From Camelus dromedarius (taxonomy: Eukaryota), in contig NC_087437.1 in the NCBI RefSeq assembly GCF_036321535.1, positions 57,786,001 through 57,850,000 of the forward strand: a DNA stretch of 64,000 nucleotides, in the 5' to 3' direction. The position numbers and the translations under genes are program-made. Below, piece after piece: positions 1 to 13,120 of this stretch. The stretch's first letter is position 1, and each line of letters begins with the position of its first letter. The notes under the pieces were generated by a model. It saw nothing but the letters and a program-made list of their open reading frames with translations. It did no database searches and was not told where the DNA came from.

Positions 1-376
1 CACACTAGCTGATGCAACGTGATTGTAAGTGCAGTTTCAATTTAGATGTCAGCGCTATCCTGGAAAGGAAGGGAGAGGCAGGGTTTGGGTTCTGTGTTTT
101 TATGAAGATGGATAAATTATTTTTGCCTAGGGTGTTTTCATTCCCACAGCCAGGCGGCTTGATGTGACTGCATAGCTCAATCTCTAGACATCTGCTAACC
201 TTCCATGCTACCAGGCTGAGTAGCCCCTAACTGACTATCACAGAAGAGTTATTATGACTGTATACAGAAAGAGAGGCTAACGGCTGATTTTCTGGAACAG
301 CTTAGGGTGGTTAGACAAGCCCAGCACCTCCCCGCCCCAGCTGTGCGCGCACGCGCGTCCACACGCACACGCTTAC

Positions 377-508
377 ATCACTACAACCTTCGGGACCTGC
401 TACCAAAGTGCTGCCCTCCCCTTCAGGGTGATGCCTGCTGGAACTTTCTCAGGAGCCTCCTTCTTCTGCAACATTAGAATGGTCTCTCCTGCTGAAGTGA
501 CGAGAAAC
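377..508 (-). other. Candidate 5' (probably non-coding) exon of the gene running off the left edge
   Basis: Minus-strand donor GAT|GTAAGC at 376 and weak acceptor TTACAG| at 509. A GC box (ccccgcccc) and a CpG-rich tgcgcgcacgcgcg patch lie at 330-360. It could instead be an alternative first exon. Confidence 0.35.
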
Positions 509-1539
509 CTGTAACCTTAACACCCTTCTCTGATAGAACATTTCCGCTTTCCTCCCAACTAGATCTTGAGAAGGACCCGAGCAGGTATTACAGCTACTGT
601 CTTTAATCCCTGCTCTTGTGTGAGCGTGCATTTCTTTGTAAAGGTCGCATCTCTAGAGAAAAATGAATCTGCCTTACGGTCTCCAAACTGAAAACATAGT
701 ATTTTATCAGGTTAATAAAAGTGCCAATACTCTGAGCAGAACTGCTTAGAATTTTAAACTTGTTACTTGTTTTTTTTTAAATATCTAGGCGCCACATGAA
801 AACAAAAACACTAAGAAAAAGTAAATTTTATTTTGAGAAATGGGGAAAAAAAAGGATTGTAAGAGACCAGGAAATAACCTTGAACAATTCATTTAATCTT
901 GTCCAAGATTGTCTTCTATTTGATTGCTTATGATATCTCCATTCTACTGAAGTATAAAGGATTTAGAAACTAATATAATGGATAAATTAGATAATGTATT
1001 AATATTTGATACTGAGGAGGAAAGACAAGAATAGTAAACTATTTTAATTATACTAAGAATCTCAAGAGTTAGCAACAATCATTTCGTATTTTCTTAATCC
1101 AGTTTATTTAATAAAACCTAAATAAAATACTGGCAAATATTTTTGCATGGCAAAAACTGAAATATTTACAATTCCAAAAGTTCAGCAATCCATGAGGAGA
1201 ACCTTTTAACCTCTTATAACAAATTATGTCACTTCTCTCCTGTGGACCTTACTTTCCTCAAATGTAAAATAATGGGGCAGAAGTAGCTTGCATAAAACTT
1301 TTACTCCCTGTTAATACAGTTCAAAATAATATTGTATTACTCTTTAGGTAAGTTTAAAATTTTTAAATTGTGCCCTCTTTTTATAAATTTACTCCATGAA
1401 ACCGTATATGATGTCTTTGCCTCAATTTGCATTCACAAACTGAGCCTAACAACATTTCATGCAGATTTACTGTGATGTTGTTCGTACTAAGGACACAAGC
1501 CATATGAAAGAAATCACTTTAAAATGGAACGCAATAATA

Positions 1540-2130
1540 ATAATATCTAAAATGTACCCAGCATGTTGTATACAGTAGACTCAAAAGTCCTTAGAACAAT
1601 TCCTGGCATAGAGTAAGAGCTCAATAAATCTTTGGCCGTTATTAAGTCATTTCATCTTTACCACAACCTATAAGGTAAGCACTATTACCAAAGTAATTTA
1701 TATTTATGCATAAATTGAGCAACAGCAAGGTCATGTAAGTTATCCAAGATTATAAACTAAGAAAAAAACCACAGTTCAAACAAAAGCAATGTAGTTCCCA
1801 GAAACAATCTCTTGGCAACTCTATACATCTGTCTGTAAAGGAACCTTCATCTCCACAGCTTGTGACTATACCATTTTATAAGCATTCTCCTCGTGTGATA
1901 GTACCCTAAAATAACCAACTACCCCACAAACTCAAAATTGTATATAAAATGCAACAGTGTTCACAGATCACATGATAAACCTAGGATCAAACAAGAAATA
2001 AGGACCGGGCTGGAGCTATCATTATTTCCACTTTGTCCAGATGAAGATACTGAGTTTAAAAGATTCTCAGTAATTTTACTGCGAGTGCTTTGTAACTAGG
2101 TCTTCTGACCCTAAGTCCCATGATTTTACC
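1540..2130. mobile_element. Cluster of degenerate MIR SINE fragments
   Basis: MIR-like motifs: cttagaacaattcctggcatagagtaagagctcaataaat; cagatgaagatactgag; aggtcttctgaccctaagtccca. Confidence 0.6.
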
Positions 2131-3071
2131 ACAACGTATGCTTCTCCGTCACTCGTTATCACTATTTGGATCTGCTACTATTTGAAAGACTGACCCTGCA
2201 TGTAAATTAGCATGTTATCTATTTTACAAGAGGTCTTTATTACATACCATACAGAACTTAAAATTTTTCACATCTAAGAAACATACATCCAAGTTACAAT
2301 CTATTCATGTTTTATTTAATAGAGACAAGTAAGACTGAAATAATATTAACATACATCTCTATTAGCTTCCTGAAATAAGTATTTTCAAAACAAAACTTCA
2401 ATGTCAAGCACATTAGTCTAGAATATAGTGGACTGATACCTTTCAGCACTAATAAATATGGTGGCAAAAAAGATACTGTCTAAATAATCTTCTGAATTGA
2501 ACAGAAGTAAAAACATGAGATCTCATTACTGATTTCATTTCAAAAGTGTATGTTCTCATATTTCACATGGAGTTAAATTATCTAATTCGTTCTTTTAAAA
2601 TAGTTTTATTTTTCATTTCAAGTGGCAAGCCAAAAATCAAAGTGTTAGAAAGGATGAATGAAATGTATATATATTCTAATCTTTCCAAATATAATCTTCA
2701 TAGCTCGAGCACAGACTGAAAATAGGTACTTAACGAAATGAATCAGATCCCCCAGAATAACATATTAAGTTTTAAACATGAAGCCTATTATAATACTGTT
2801 AAATTTCTGAACATTAAAGTTATTTGGAACTTATGGACCAAAAAAAATATTTTACAAAATGACGCTGGTTCGGACACCACAGAGGCACCTTTCCTCTCTC
2901 CTCACGCCCCACCCCCATTTTGTAAACAGAAAACCAAAAACTGGATTAGTACTCACAAGATTAATGGACAAAACGACTTTAAAGGGAACTTACACCTTAA
3001 AAAAGAGAGCGATGGACAATGGAAAGTGTGGTGGAACAGATCTCCAACAGAACAGCAGAAAAGAACCATAC

Positions 3072-3857
3072 TTATTTGGCTGTAGGGTTTCTTTTTTCCC
3101 CATTAAAACTTAAATCGTTTTTCTCAATATCGCAGGTCATTAAAACGGTGTGATTTTCTTTCCTTCCCTCCCTGGGCTTTTCCTGAGGGACCTGGTAGGT
3201 TTAAGCCCAGGACTAATTGGAACTCCTGTTTCAGCATCAGTTCAGAAATTGCTTGCTCTCCAGTGCGAAACGTACCCTCTGTCGACGGCCAGATGTCTAC
3301 TTTTCAGACAAAGCAAGAAAAAGAAAAGATACCTGCCTTGCCAGCCACCTGTTCAAAAGTCCCCTCTCCTGTCGAACGCACCAGCAACTTCTCAAGAGGA
3401 GACTGAGCAACTCCAAGTCGCACGCCGCCCTCGCAAGTCACAAGGAGAGAGCCGCGAGGAAGTGCGAAAGCAGGTCACTGTAAGCACCCCTCGGAAAGAG
3501 ACCCGCAGGTTCCAGCTCAGGCGATGGGTGACAGCGAAAGCGTTCTATAAAACGCGGATGACTTCAGGGATTTAAGAGGAAAAAAAAAATCCAAAGACAG
3601 AACCGGCGGCGGGGCCATTATTTCGCCCCAGAAAGGAAAAGCCTTCCTTCCTTCACTTACAGAGCTGAATAGAGGAGGGGAAAGGGGGAGGCAGAGAGGG
3701 GGCCAGGAGGAGGGAAGCGGGGTGGGCATCTGCACGTTTAGGGCTAAGGAAAGAACATTTTCTCACCACTTAGGCTGTTGCTGGACCTCAGGTTCCTTCC
3801 ACAGAGACACTGCAGCATATGCACTCCTTTCTTCAAAGAAAGCTCAAGAATCTTCAT
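3072..3857 (-). other. Cluster of alternative first exons (donors at 3071, 3332, 3660, 3766)
   Basis: Minus-strand donors: TAA|GTATGG (3071), CAG|GTATCT (3332), TCT|GTAAGT (3660), GTG|GTGAGA (3766). Confidence 0.55.
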
Positions 3858-4700
3858 GGAGAAGCGTGTGGTGGGGTCCGTCAACTCCCCGCCCACCTCT
3901 GCTAATTGTCCAACCAAAAGGCGGCCTGCCGTCTTGGGAAGTCGTGTCCCGAATCCATGGTGCGCGCGTCCCGGGCGCAGAGCAGTTTGCACGTCGGCCG
4001 GGCCCGGGCCAGGGCCGGGAAGGAGCGCGGGGGGCGCAGGGCCGGGGCAGGGCGATGGGGTGGATGTGCCGCCCGGCTGGGCAGCCCCGCGAGGGAGCCG
4101 GAGGCGCGGCCCCACCCCTGCGGGCTCGACCGCGATACTTTGGGACTTCCCGAAGGTGGCGGCCCGGCTGCGGGCGGGAGGGTGAGCGCACCGGCTACGC
4201 GGAGGACGTCATCGTGGGCTGGAGCCCCTTTCCAGGTGCCTGTGCCCGGAGGGGCGACGGCGGGTTCCCTGCGGGTCCTGGGCTTCTGGCCTGAGGGTTT
4301 GGGGCAACCCCCTCAGCTCCTATTCTCCGCGTCGGGCGGTGAGCACAGGAGCCAGCCCGCCTCAGTGCCCCCGCTTTGCGGGGCTACGGGGCGCAGAGAG
4401 GGGCTCCCGGGGCCCGGCAGGCAGCGCTCCCGCGGGCTGCGCGCGGGCCGAGGGCGACTCCGGCGTGGGAATCCGGCGGAAGGGAAGCGCCCGCAGGAAG
4501 GGCTGGACCCTGGAGGCTGCCGAGCGTCAGAAGCGACTCCCGGGAACTGGGGGGTGGGGAGGCGGGGATGTGGAATTAAGAAAGCTCTTGGGTACGGCGC
4601 AGACAGGGAAGGTGTGCCTAAGCGTGGGCGGGGCGCTGAGGTGGGAATCTGGACACCTGGATTTTATGATCGGGGCTCTGTGACCTTGGGTAAGTCACAT
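3260..4700. promoter_or_regulatory. CpG island 1; likely bidirectional promoter
   Basis: Sharp rise in GC and CpG. Contains GC boxes, ETS GGAAGT sites (~3458, ~3938) and a CRE-like GACGTCA (~4205), with splice donors on both strands. Confidence 0.9.
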
Positions 4701-4965
4701 ACCACTCTGAGCGTCACTTTTCTCGTCTGTAAATCAGGGCGGGGAAGAGGGTGCAGAATAGAGACGTGGCAGCTGCTTGTTTGTCCCCGTGCCTCCCAGT
4801 CTTCTGGAAAAGCTTAGCACAGGTGCTACGGGAAGACAGGTGCATGGTGGGGTAAGGGAGACCAGAAGCGAAGGCTAGAGGTATAGAAGGAGAAGATGAG
4901 GCGGGAAATATGAAAACAAGCCCCCAAGAATGACCGATGAGCTTCCCTGTTAGTCCACAGGTCTC

Positions 4966-5108
4966 TTTTTTTTTTTTTCCATCAGCAACTCCTTGGCTTC
5001 CTTTTTCTTTCTTTCTCTTTTTCTTTCTTTCCTTCTTTCCTGCCTCCTTCCTTCCTTCCTTCCTTCCCTCACTCCCTCCATCCTTCCCTCCTTCCTTCTT
5101 TCCTTTCC
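4966..5108 (+). repeat. Poly-T and (TTTC)/(TTCC)-rich low-complexity tract
   Basis: Directly visible pyrimidine simple repeat. Confidence 0.9.
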
Positions 5109-5234
5109 AGGAGCCATCAATACCCTTTTGGAGGTTTTATGAGTGAAGCATACAAAGAATGCTGGCAATGGGACCAGACTCCACCCTATCTGGAATTTCA
5201 AGAAAGGACTTAGAGGGCACAGCAATACAGCAAG

Positions 5235-5460
5235 TGGTTAAAAGCACCCATGCTAGAGACAAGCAGCCAAAGTGAAAATCCCTACTAGCTGTGTGACCTT
5301 GAACAAATCTCTTAACCTCTTTGTGCCTCAGTTTCCTCGTCCCTAAAGGACAGTTAATAATAGCATCCACCTTATTTATCCCTTGTTGAGTGATTAAAAA
5401 AACAAAAACAAAAACCTTGGTACACAATAAGTCCTGTAACAGTGTTAGCAGTTATTATTA
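5235..5460 (+). mobile_element. MIR SINE
   Basis: ctagctgtgtgaccttgaacaaatctcttaacctctttgtgcctcagtttcctc (MIR core). Confidence 0.8.
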
Positions 5461-8032
5461 CTTATCCCTCCACCTGCAGAATTTTCCACTTTCCCATAAA
5501 TGACAATTTCCATACCAGAGTCCACATTTCTGCTGGAACAGTTTGGGTGGCAGAGAACTCACCAGGTCCCCAGGTAGTTCACTGCACAAAACCTGTTAGA
5601 TTTACACTGACACTGAGCCAAAAACTTACTATACCTTCTTTCTACCCCTCGTACCCAGGCCACCTGGCACTAGCTGGTTAGCTCTTCCCAGCAAGGGAAT
5701 AAAAATGGTTCTCATCACCCCTTTTCTCTTTCTTTTCTCTAGGCTAATCCTTCACAGTTCCTGTGGGGTTCCCCGGAGCTTGAAGCTTAAGGTTGAAGTT
5801 GCCTGGGAAAATACTCTTTCAGAAGTCTCTTCCTTTTTCCTCTTAGAGGTGATGGAGGAAAGTCAGAACACCATGGGGGCCTCTTGAGCCCTCAGCCACC
5901 ACTGGTTCCACATTCTCTTAACTCTTTCCATAACTGAGCTCCAGGCAAGGTCATTTGGGGTGGTTCCACGACTCAAGGAGGTATGTCCAGGCCTTCCTTC
6001 CAGTGGCCCCTTAGCCCCATTGTTCATGCGAACACCAAAGCTTTGTAGGCTCCATGGTCCTTGAAGAACTCTCTGAAGCCACCATACTGTCACCACTGGA
6101 GAGGTTCTGAGGCCCCAGGGCACACTGGGCCATGGCCTTTGTCTTCCCGGTCTCTGCGGGAATTAGTGAGAAACTTGGTTCATCTGGGGATTTTACCTAT
6201 AGAAATTCCCCACGGATGGAGAGATAATTAGCAAAAGGAAAACATCCAAAAATAGTCCTTCCTGCTGCAGCAGAGGCAGAGAGCTTTCCGGCAGAGCTCT
6301 TCTGCCCTGGAACCCAATGCATGGAGCTGTTTTTTACTTTGAGAGAGATGCTATTCCTTGAAACGTAGCAAAGGAATAGGATGAGGCCCCAGTTCCCCAA
6401 GGAACTAGAGCAGAGCAAGCAGGTCCATGTATGATTCAAAACACACATGACCTCTGGCGCATCAATTTTCATATTTATAATACTTTCTGCCTCCCTGGCA
6501 AGGTTGTTGCAAGGATTCAGTGACTTGACACATGTGAAGAGCTTTGAAGACTGTAATTGTTTTCACAAGATAAGGTGCTATTATCAACTGCCTAACTGGG
6601 TTCTAGGCACTCCTTAGTGGTCTAACACAGGGGCCTTTTTATTTGATTTTAGGAAGGCTTTACCTGTGAATCTTCTGTCCCCTCAAGAGAACTATAAACC
6701 CTTAGAAAACAGCAGAAAAGCCAACACTGTCACAATTAATATTCACATGGCCTGCTGTCTTTAAGTGGCTGTCACAGTGATTCTAATGGTCAGGTGTATT
6801 CATCACAAAGAAAGTAGATCATCATAGTACTTGATAAAAGAACTGGGGGATCACATTTATAGATTTTTTTGGTTGTTATTGGACTATCAGATGAGTTCAG
6901 ATTAAACCAAAGAGAGCACATAACATTTCGATGCCAAATATTTTCTTAATTACATATTATGGACATTTGATTAAAGTAGATATAAAAGGGAGTTAATCAA
7001 TGGAATTGTATTACTCAGATTTAGTTTAAAAAACAAAGATTCTTAACGTTATCAGGACTTTGATGGACATGCTTGTTAAAGCAACTCCTAAGGTGACATC
7101 CAACTGCCTGAGATACGTTAGATGTAGTCTTCCTAAAGTATCTGAGACAGTACCTAAGGAGACTGCATTTTTTACATGCACCATAACATCCAAAAGCAAG
7201 ACAAAACAAAACCAGCAGATAGTAGTAGCCAGGAGCACAATGGACAACAGGGAAATGGCATATGTTAGTTTAAGCAAAACTTTCCAATTTTCTGCTTTCT
7301 GCATATTATTACATAAGCCAAAATCACATTTTTACTGGCAACCATATTTTTAAATTTTAAACTGAAGATGCACTATTATATAATGACCAATTTTTAAATT
7401 ACATTATCTGTCTCTAATTAAGATTCTTTTTTAAGTTAGACAGTCTTTCTGTTTTCTTATTGACCTTGGACCAACCCTAGCAAGTGACTCACCAGCATGA
7501 TTTCAAAATGAAATCATTTATCACTTTCTGAGAGGGATTAGGGAACCTAGTAAACAATGGTAGGTGAACTTATTTAAATTTTTAGTATCTAAATTTTTCA
7601 TTTTACGAAGAGTTATTTGCTCACAGTTTGTAGAAATTAATAATTGTATGAGGGAGCTTGGAGATTTTTAAGTGGTAATTTAACATATTTCCGTTCACGT
7701 TAAACATAGAAATCTGTTGACTCTTGGCATCAGCTGTGCAATTAATCAGTGTATTTATCTGTTTGGAAGCCTACATTGAATCAGTAATAGCATATTCAGG
7801 CCCAAAAACTTTTAATGGGTATATTAATGGCAAAATGTCTATTAAAAGAAAAGCAACTTTATTTCATAAAGAAACCAAACCAACATGTAAACTGAAAAAT
7901 CAAAACCAGTTGGATAGCTAACATAGTATCTTTGTTCTATGTTATGTGTCTAGTCCACTGACTGCTAGGGTAAAAACTAGGCCTGTATCTTGTTTCTTAG
8001 GAATACCATCAAATTCAGTTTTGATAGGTAAC

Positions 8033-8368
8033 TATCAGAGACTGAATTTTGTATCTCCCTAACATTCATATGTTGAAATTCTAATCTCCAAGGTTTTGGG
8101 AATGGGGCCTTTGGGAAGCTTCACTCTCATGAATGGATTAGTGTCCTTATAAAAGAAAACCTAGAGAGCCCCGTCTCACCTTTCACCATGTGAAGACAGA
8201 GAAAATGGCCATCTACAAGCCAGGAAGCGAGCCCTCACCAAACACCAGTTCTGCAGGTAACTTGATCGTGGACTTCCCAGCCTCCAGAACTGGGAGAAAT
8301 AAATGTTTATTGTTTAAGCCACTCAATCTCTGGTACTTTTGTTATAGCAGCCCAAACACACAAAGACA
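8033..8368 (+). mobile_element. MaLR LTR (MLT1A/B-like)
   Basis: MLT1 motifs attcatatgttgaa, ttccagcctccagaactgggagaaataaatg, gttatagcagccc; imperfect 5-bp TSD gtaac/gcaac. Confidence 0.85.
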
Positions 8369-8574
8369 GCAACAAAATACATTGTATTAGATGTACCAAA
8401 AAAGTCACCAGCAGCAAGCTTACTTTATAATGACATATGGTCCCAATATGCTAAAATAACATTTACCCATTTTCAAAAAAGCAAACAGATGAATGTTTGT
8501 TTGTTTATTTGTTTTGGTTATCTTCTTCCTCAGTTTTTTTTTTAATTTACCATTTTTCTTTTATTTATTCTTCT

Positions 8575-11500
8575 CTAAACTTTTTATTTTGAAATAAATT
8601 TAGACATACAGATAAGATGCAAAATAATAGAGTTCATATATACTCTTAGCCCAACTTCTCTCAGTATTAACAACTCAAATAACCAGTGTGCAATTATCAA
8701 AATGAGAAAATTTACACTGGTACCATGCTGTCAAATAAACTGCAAACTTTAGTGAACCTTTACCATTTTTTTTCCCCCTCTAAGGTCCTTTTTGTGTTTC
8801 AGGATCCGACTAGGATCTACCTTGCACTAAGTTGTGTCTCCTTAATCTCCTTTAATCCATGACAGTCCCCCAGTCTCTCCTTGTCTTTCAGGACTTTAAA
8901 ACTTCTAGTAAACATTAGTCACATCTTTTGTGGACTGTCTGTCAGTCTGGGTTTGTCAGATGCTTTCTAATGATTAGTCTAAGGGTATTCCTTTTTCAGC
9001 AAGGACGCCACGGAAGTGATGCCGTATCCTTTTCAGTACATCATTATCAAGAGCTACGTGATGTCAACTAGTGAAATCAACATCAATTACTTGGTTAAGG
9101 TAGTGTCTGCTAGGTTTCTATACTGTCAAGATGCGTTTTATTTTCACCTATAGTTGATACATTTCTTGAGGAAGAAACTTTGAGGCCATGTTAATATCCT
9201 GTTTCCCCTCAGACTTGCATCCTCTGATTCTAGCATCCACTGGAGGGTCTTGCTTGCAGCAAGTACTATTGTGCTGTTTTCCTAATAGTGACTATATTCT
9301 CCTCATTCCTTCTGTTGTAATGGGGATTCTTCTGTAAGTGCTAGCCCCTTTCCCCCACTCATTTATGTATTCAATTATTTATTTACATCAGTATAGCCTC
9401 ATGGACATTTATTCCATGGGTCATAAGGCAATGCTATCATTTTTTATTTTGGGGTTCAAATTATTTCAGATTTAGCCATTGGGAGACCCTTCTGCTTGGT
9501 TCCAGCGTCCCTTTTTGAGCAGTTCCTTAATTTTCTGGCATCACAAAATATTCCAGGTTTATCTTTTATTTTTCCTGCCCCAGATCTGGAATCAACTAAT
9601 TCTCCAATGAGTCTTAGTTCATTTTATTGGAAAATGGTATTTAGGAACCAAAATCTGGGTGCCAAGTGTGCTTATGGTTACTGGGATGTCAGTGATGCAA
9701 CATTCTTTCAGTGGAGAGAGCTACAAAATATATGTATGTGTGCATGCAAACCCACACATACACATACATCATATTTTTTTCTATATCTCTTTCTCCCTGT
9801 AGATAGAGATATGCAGATATGTAGAAATATCTATGTATAGATGTATCTATATGTAGATATATAATAGGTATTTATAGATAGGTATAGATATGGACATATA
9901 TAAAGATGCTAATACATGTATTTATGCTAATACATATATATATGTATGTATCTATATATATAGGTATCTATATATAGATGGCTAATACCTATGATTCCAA
10001 TCCAATACCACAAATTTCATTTTAGTCTTTTTCCTTTCCTTATTTGTAACTTCTTTTTATGACAGTGAAAAATATTTTGTTATTTATAGTGTATTCACTT
10101 ATTTATTCAATCCTCACATACCCTTAAAATAGTTACAGAATTCTTAACCAATACTCCTGTGAGAAACAAGATTTATTACTAGAGTGCAGTATTGACACAC
10201 ATTTGTTTTTGTCTTTAGCCTTACAATGTACAGTCAAAATACTATTTTTGATTTGGTTTTTGATAGGTTTTTTCTTTTCTTCTCCATTCGCTTCAGTGTG
10301 GTTTAGGTATTCGCTTCTAATCCAGTTAGGTTCATCTGGTATTGCTTATCTTCCATACTGGTTGATTTTAATTCTTTAATTAAAATTAATTATATTTAAG
10401 TATTTTCTTATTTAAGTGTGTAAAACATGGAATGTTTCAATGGTTCCAAAAGTCAAAGCTATAAAAAGTACACTCTAGTGTTATACTCTCATCCCTCCTG
10501 CCCTGATCCCATTTCCCCTTCTTTCCACTCCTTTCCCACCAACCCCTAATAGGTAAGTGGTCTCTCTAATTTCTGGTTTATCTCCCCTAGGCTTCTTTTG
10601 CACAAAAGAGCACACATTCTCCTATGTAGTGGCATTTAGGTTACGTTCAATATTTTGTAATTACAAACAATATTGCAATAAATAAAATGCACATTATTTT
10701 CATATTGCTGGAGGTATGTCTTCAGGGTAGATTCTAGACATGAGAATGCCAAATGAAAAAGTAAGTATACAGGTAGTTTTATTAGCTATTTCCAGTTTCC
10801 CTTTGAAAGGTTTGTATGGCGGCGCCGTCTCCTCCCACCAGCGCACTGCAGCAGCCACCTCCTCCTGCCACGACAGGAGGGCTGATGCAGCTCACACAGG
10901 GGACACCCCTTGAGAGCCTGGCTCCAGTGGCCAGGATTGTGCTTCTCAGACCCATAGGACATTGCCTACTTAAGGCCACACCTTCAAGAATGGAAGAGGT
11001 AGCTGATTTACCTAATATATGGTAACAAGCACAGAGAATTAAGCAAAATGAGGAGACAAGGAATATGTTTCTATTGTATTAAAAGAACAAGACAAACCTC
11101 AGAAAAAGAACTAAATAAAATGAAGATAAGCAATCTACTTGACAGATATACAAATGGCCAAAAGGCATATGAAAAGATGTTCAACATCACTAATTATTAG
11201 GGAAATGTAAATCGAAACCACAGTGAGATAACACCTCACACATGTTAAAATGGCTATCATTAAAAAGACAAGAAATAGCAGATATTGAAAAGGATGTGAA
11301 GAAAAGGGAGACATCATACATCATTGGTAGAATAGTAAATTGGTGCAGCCTCAGTAGAAAACAGTATGGAGATTCCTCAAAAAATTAAGAGTAAAACTAC
11401 AGTGTGATGCAGCTATTCTGGTTCTAGTTCATTATCCAAAGAATATGAAAACACTAATTTGAAAAGATGTATGTATCCCTATGTTCATTGGCAGCATATT

Positions 11501-12180
11501 TACAACATTCAGGATATAGAAACAACCCAAGAGTCCAGCAATAGAAAAATGGATAAAGAAGCAATGTATATATACAATGGAATACTACTTAGCCATAAAA
11601 AAGAATGAAATCCTGCCATTTGCGACAACATGGATGAAACCTGAGGGCATTATGTAAGTGAAATAAATCAGATGGAGAAAGACAAGTGTGTATGGTTTCA
11701 CTCATATGTGGAATCTAAAAAGAAACAAAAGAAAAGAACAAAGAACAAAACAAAAACATATTTATATACACAGAAGGGATTAGTGGTTATCAGAGGGCAA
11801 CAGGGTTGGTGCTGGGTAAAATGGGTTAAGGGGGTCAAATGTACGGTGGCAAATCATTGTGATAGTTGTGATAGTGATCACTTTGTAATGTATACAATGT
11901 TGAATTATAATGCTGAACATCTGAAACATAATTTTTTGAAAAAGAGGGAAAAAAGACTTGTATGAATTTGGATTCCTACCAGCAATATGTGAGAGTGCCT
12001 ATTTCCTCATAGCCTCACCAATAGAATGTATTGTCCTTCTTTTGTATTTTTATCAGTTTTATTGTAATATCATCTTAATTTGCAAGTTTCTAATTATGAG
12101 TGAGGTTGAATATTTTTTCACTTGAGAACTTTTATTTGGTGGGGGAGGACTGTCAGTTCATGTCACTTTCCTATTTTTCT
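8575..12180 (-). mobile_element. Old antisense L1 (L1MC/L1ME-type) 3' region, interrupted at 10806-11964 by a younger L1
   Basis: Antisense L1M 3'UTR and ORF2-end motifs. The motif tttgaaaggtttgtatg...aatttggattcctaccagcaatatgtgagagt resumes across the insertion. TA-rich tract at 9780-9980. Confidence 0.7.
10819..11951 (+). mobile_element. Internally deleted L1 (5'UTR/ORF1 start fused to ORF2 end and 3'UTR) with TSD
   Basis: ORF1-start motif aaaatgaggagacaaggaatatgtttc...aagataagcaatctactt joins the ORF2 motif gatatacaaatggcc at ~11145. TSD aaaggtttgtatg (10806-10818) / aaagacttgtatg (11952-11964). Confidence 0.8.
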
Positions 12181-12473
12181 ATTGGGAAAAACCCACTTTT
12201 AAAAGACAATATTTGTTACCAGAGATGGCACTGAAATTTAATTAAACTATATTAAATTAAAATTTTTAAAAATCTTAAGATAGGACTTCAAAATAAGGTC
12301 ATTGTCATTGGGAAAAGGTGTAAGGGTTCAAGATATCTTTTAACCCATTCAGTCATTTATGTACTCTCCCCACAATTATTTAGGAACTAAATCTAATGCC
12401 TTGCCCTAAAAAAGCTAATAAAGGAAAAGAGATGTGTAAACCATAAGTAAAACCAGCTTTGCTGCACTAGTAG

Positions 12474-13120
12474 TGAGACAGGATGGAAGGGGGTAGGGCA
12501 CAGCCATTCAAGGAATGACGGCAATTAACACCAAAATGGTGGAAGATTCAACTCCTAGTTGGCCTTGAGGATTAACATGGTGGTAGGTCTGACTTCTAGT
12601 AGACCCTGAGCTTCATTATATGCTCATTGTAACATATTAGTGTGATCAATAACATGCCTGCAGTCACCATAACAATCCCAAGGCTAACTGCAAAATGTCA
12701 AAGGGTGGGCAGTGGCCAGATTCCTGGGAACCCCAGCCCCTTCCCCAGGGTAGTTGGAATGGTCCGACCTGTAGGTGTGTGAAGCTACCAAGCCCATAAA
12801 AACTGACACCAAGCCTGGCCACCCTTTCTCGCTCCCTCCTCTTCGGAGACAGCCCGCACTCTGTCTATGGAGTGTGTACCTACTTTTGCTTTAACCTGAG
12901 CACCCCACTCCCACACCTCTTTCCTTGCCTTTCTCTTGCCTTACACTGTATGCAGTGTGTATCCCTCTAAGTAAATCTACCTTTGCTAAACTGTGGCTCG
13001 CACTTGAATCCTTTCTTGCACGAAGTCAAGGACCCACACTTGGCGTGGCACGTCCCAGGAGCTCAACAGAGACCTAGAACACGGCCCTTCTCACACCTCA
13101 CATCCGTTTTTCCTGCATCA
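12474..13120 (+). mobile_element. ERV1-class solo LTR, 647 bp
   Basis: TG...CA termini, perfect 4-bp TSD GTAG (12470-12473 / 13121-13124), TATA-like cccataaaaa ~12793, polyA variant agtaaa ~12970. Confidence 0.9.

Larger units (their letters stand above)
4182..5850 (+). ncRNA. Candidate divergent spliced lncRNA
   Basis: Plus-strand donors AGG|GTGAGC (4182) and GCG|GTGAGC (4339). Strong acceptor ccccttttctctttcttttctctag| ends at 5742, with a second acceptor at ~5846. No credible ORF. Confidence 0.4.

Noticed and set aside
3722..4817. Long overlapping ORFs (up to 303 aa) in CpG island 1
   Set aside because: G/R/P/A-rich, open in several frames on both strands, many with non-ATG starts; expected from stop-codon scarcity in GC-rich DNA
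7021..7353. Three overlapping ORFs and a stop-interrupted frame faintly like a kinase C-lobe (LLKQLLR*HPTA*)
   Set aside because: No splice context, no other kinase motifs, multiple stops; likely chance
12219..12232. CTCF-like ccagagatggcact
   Set aside because: One base short in the core spacing
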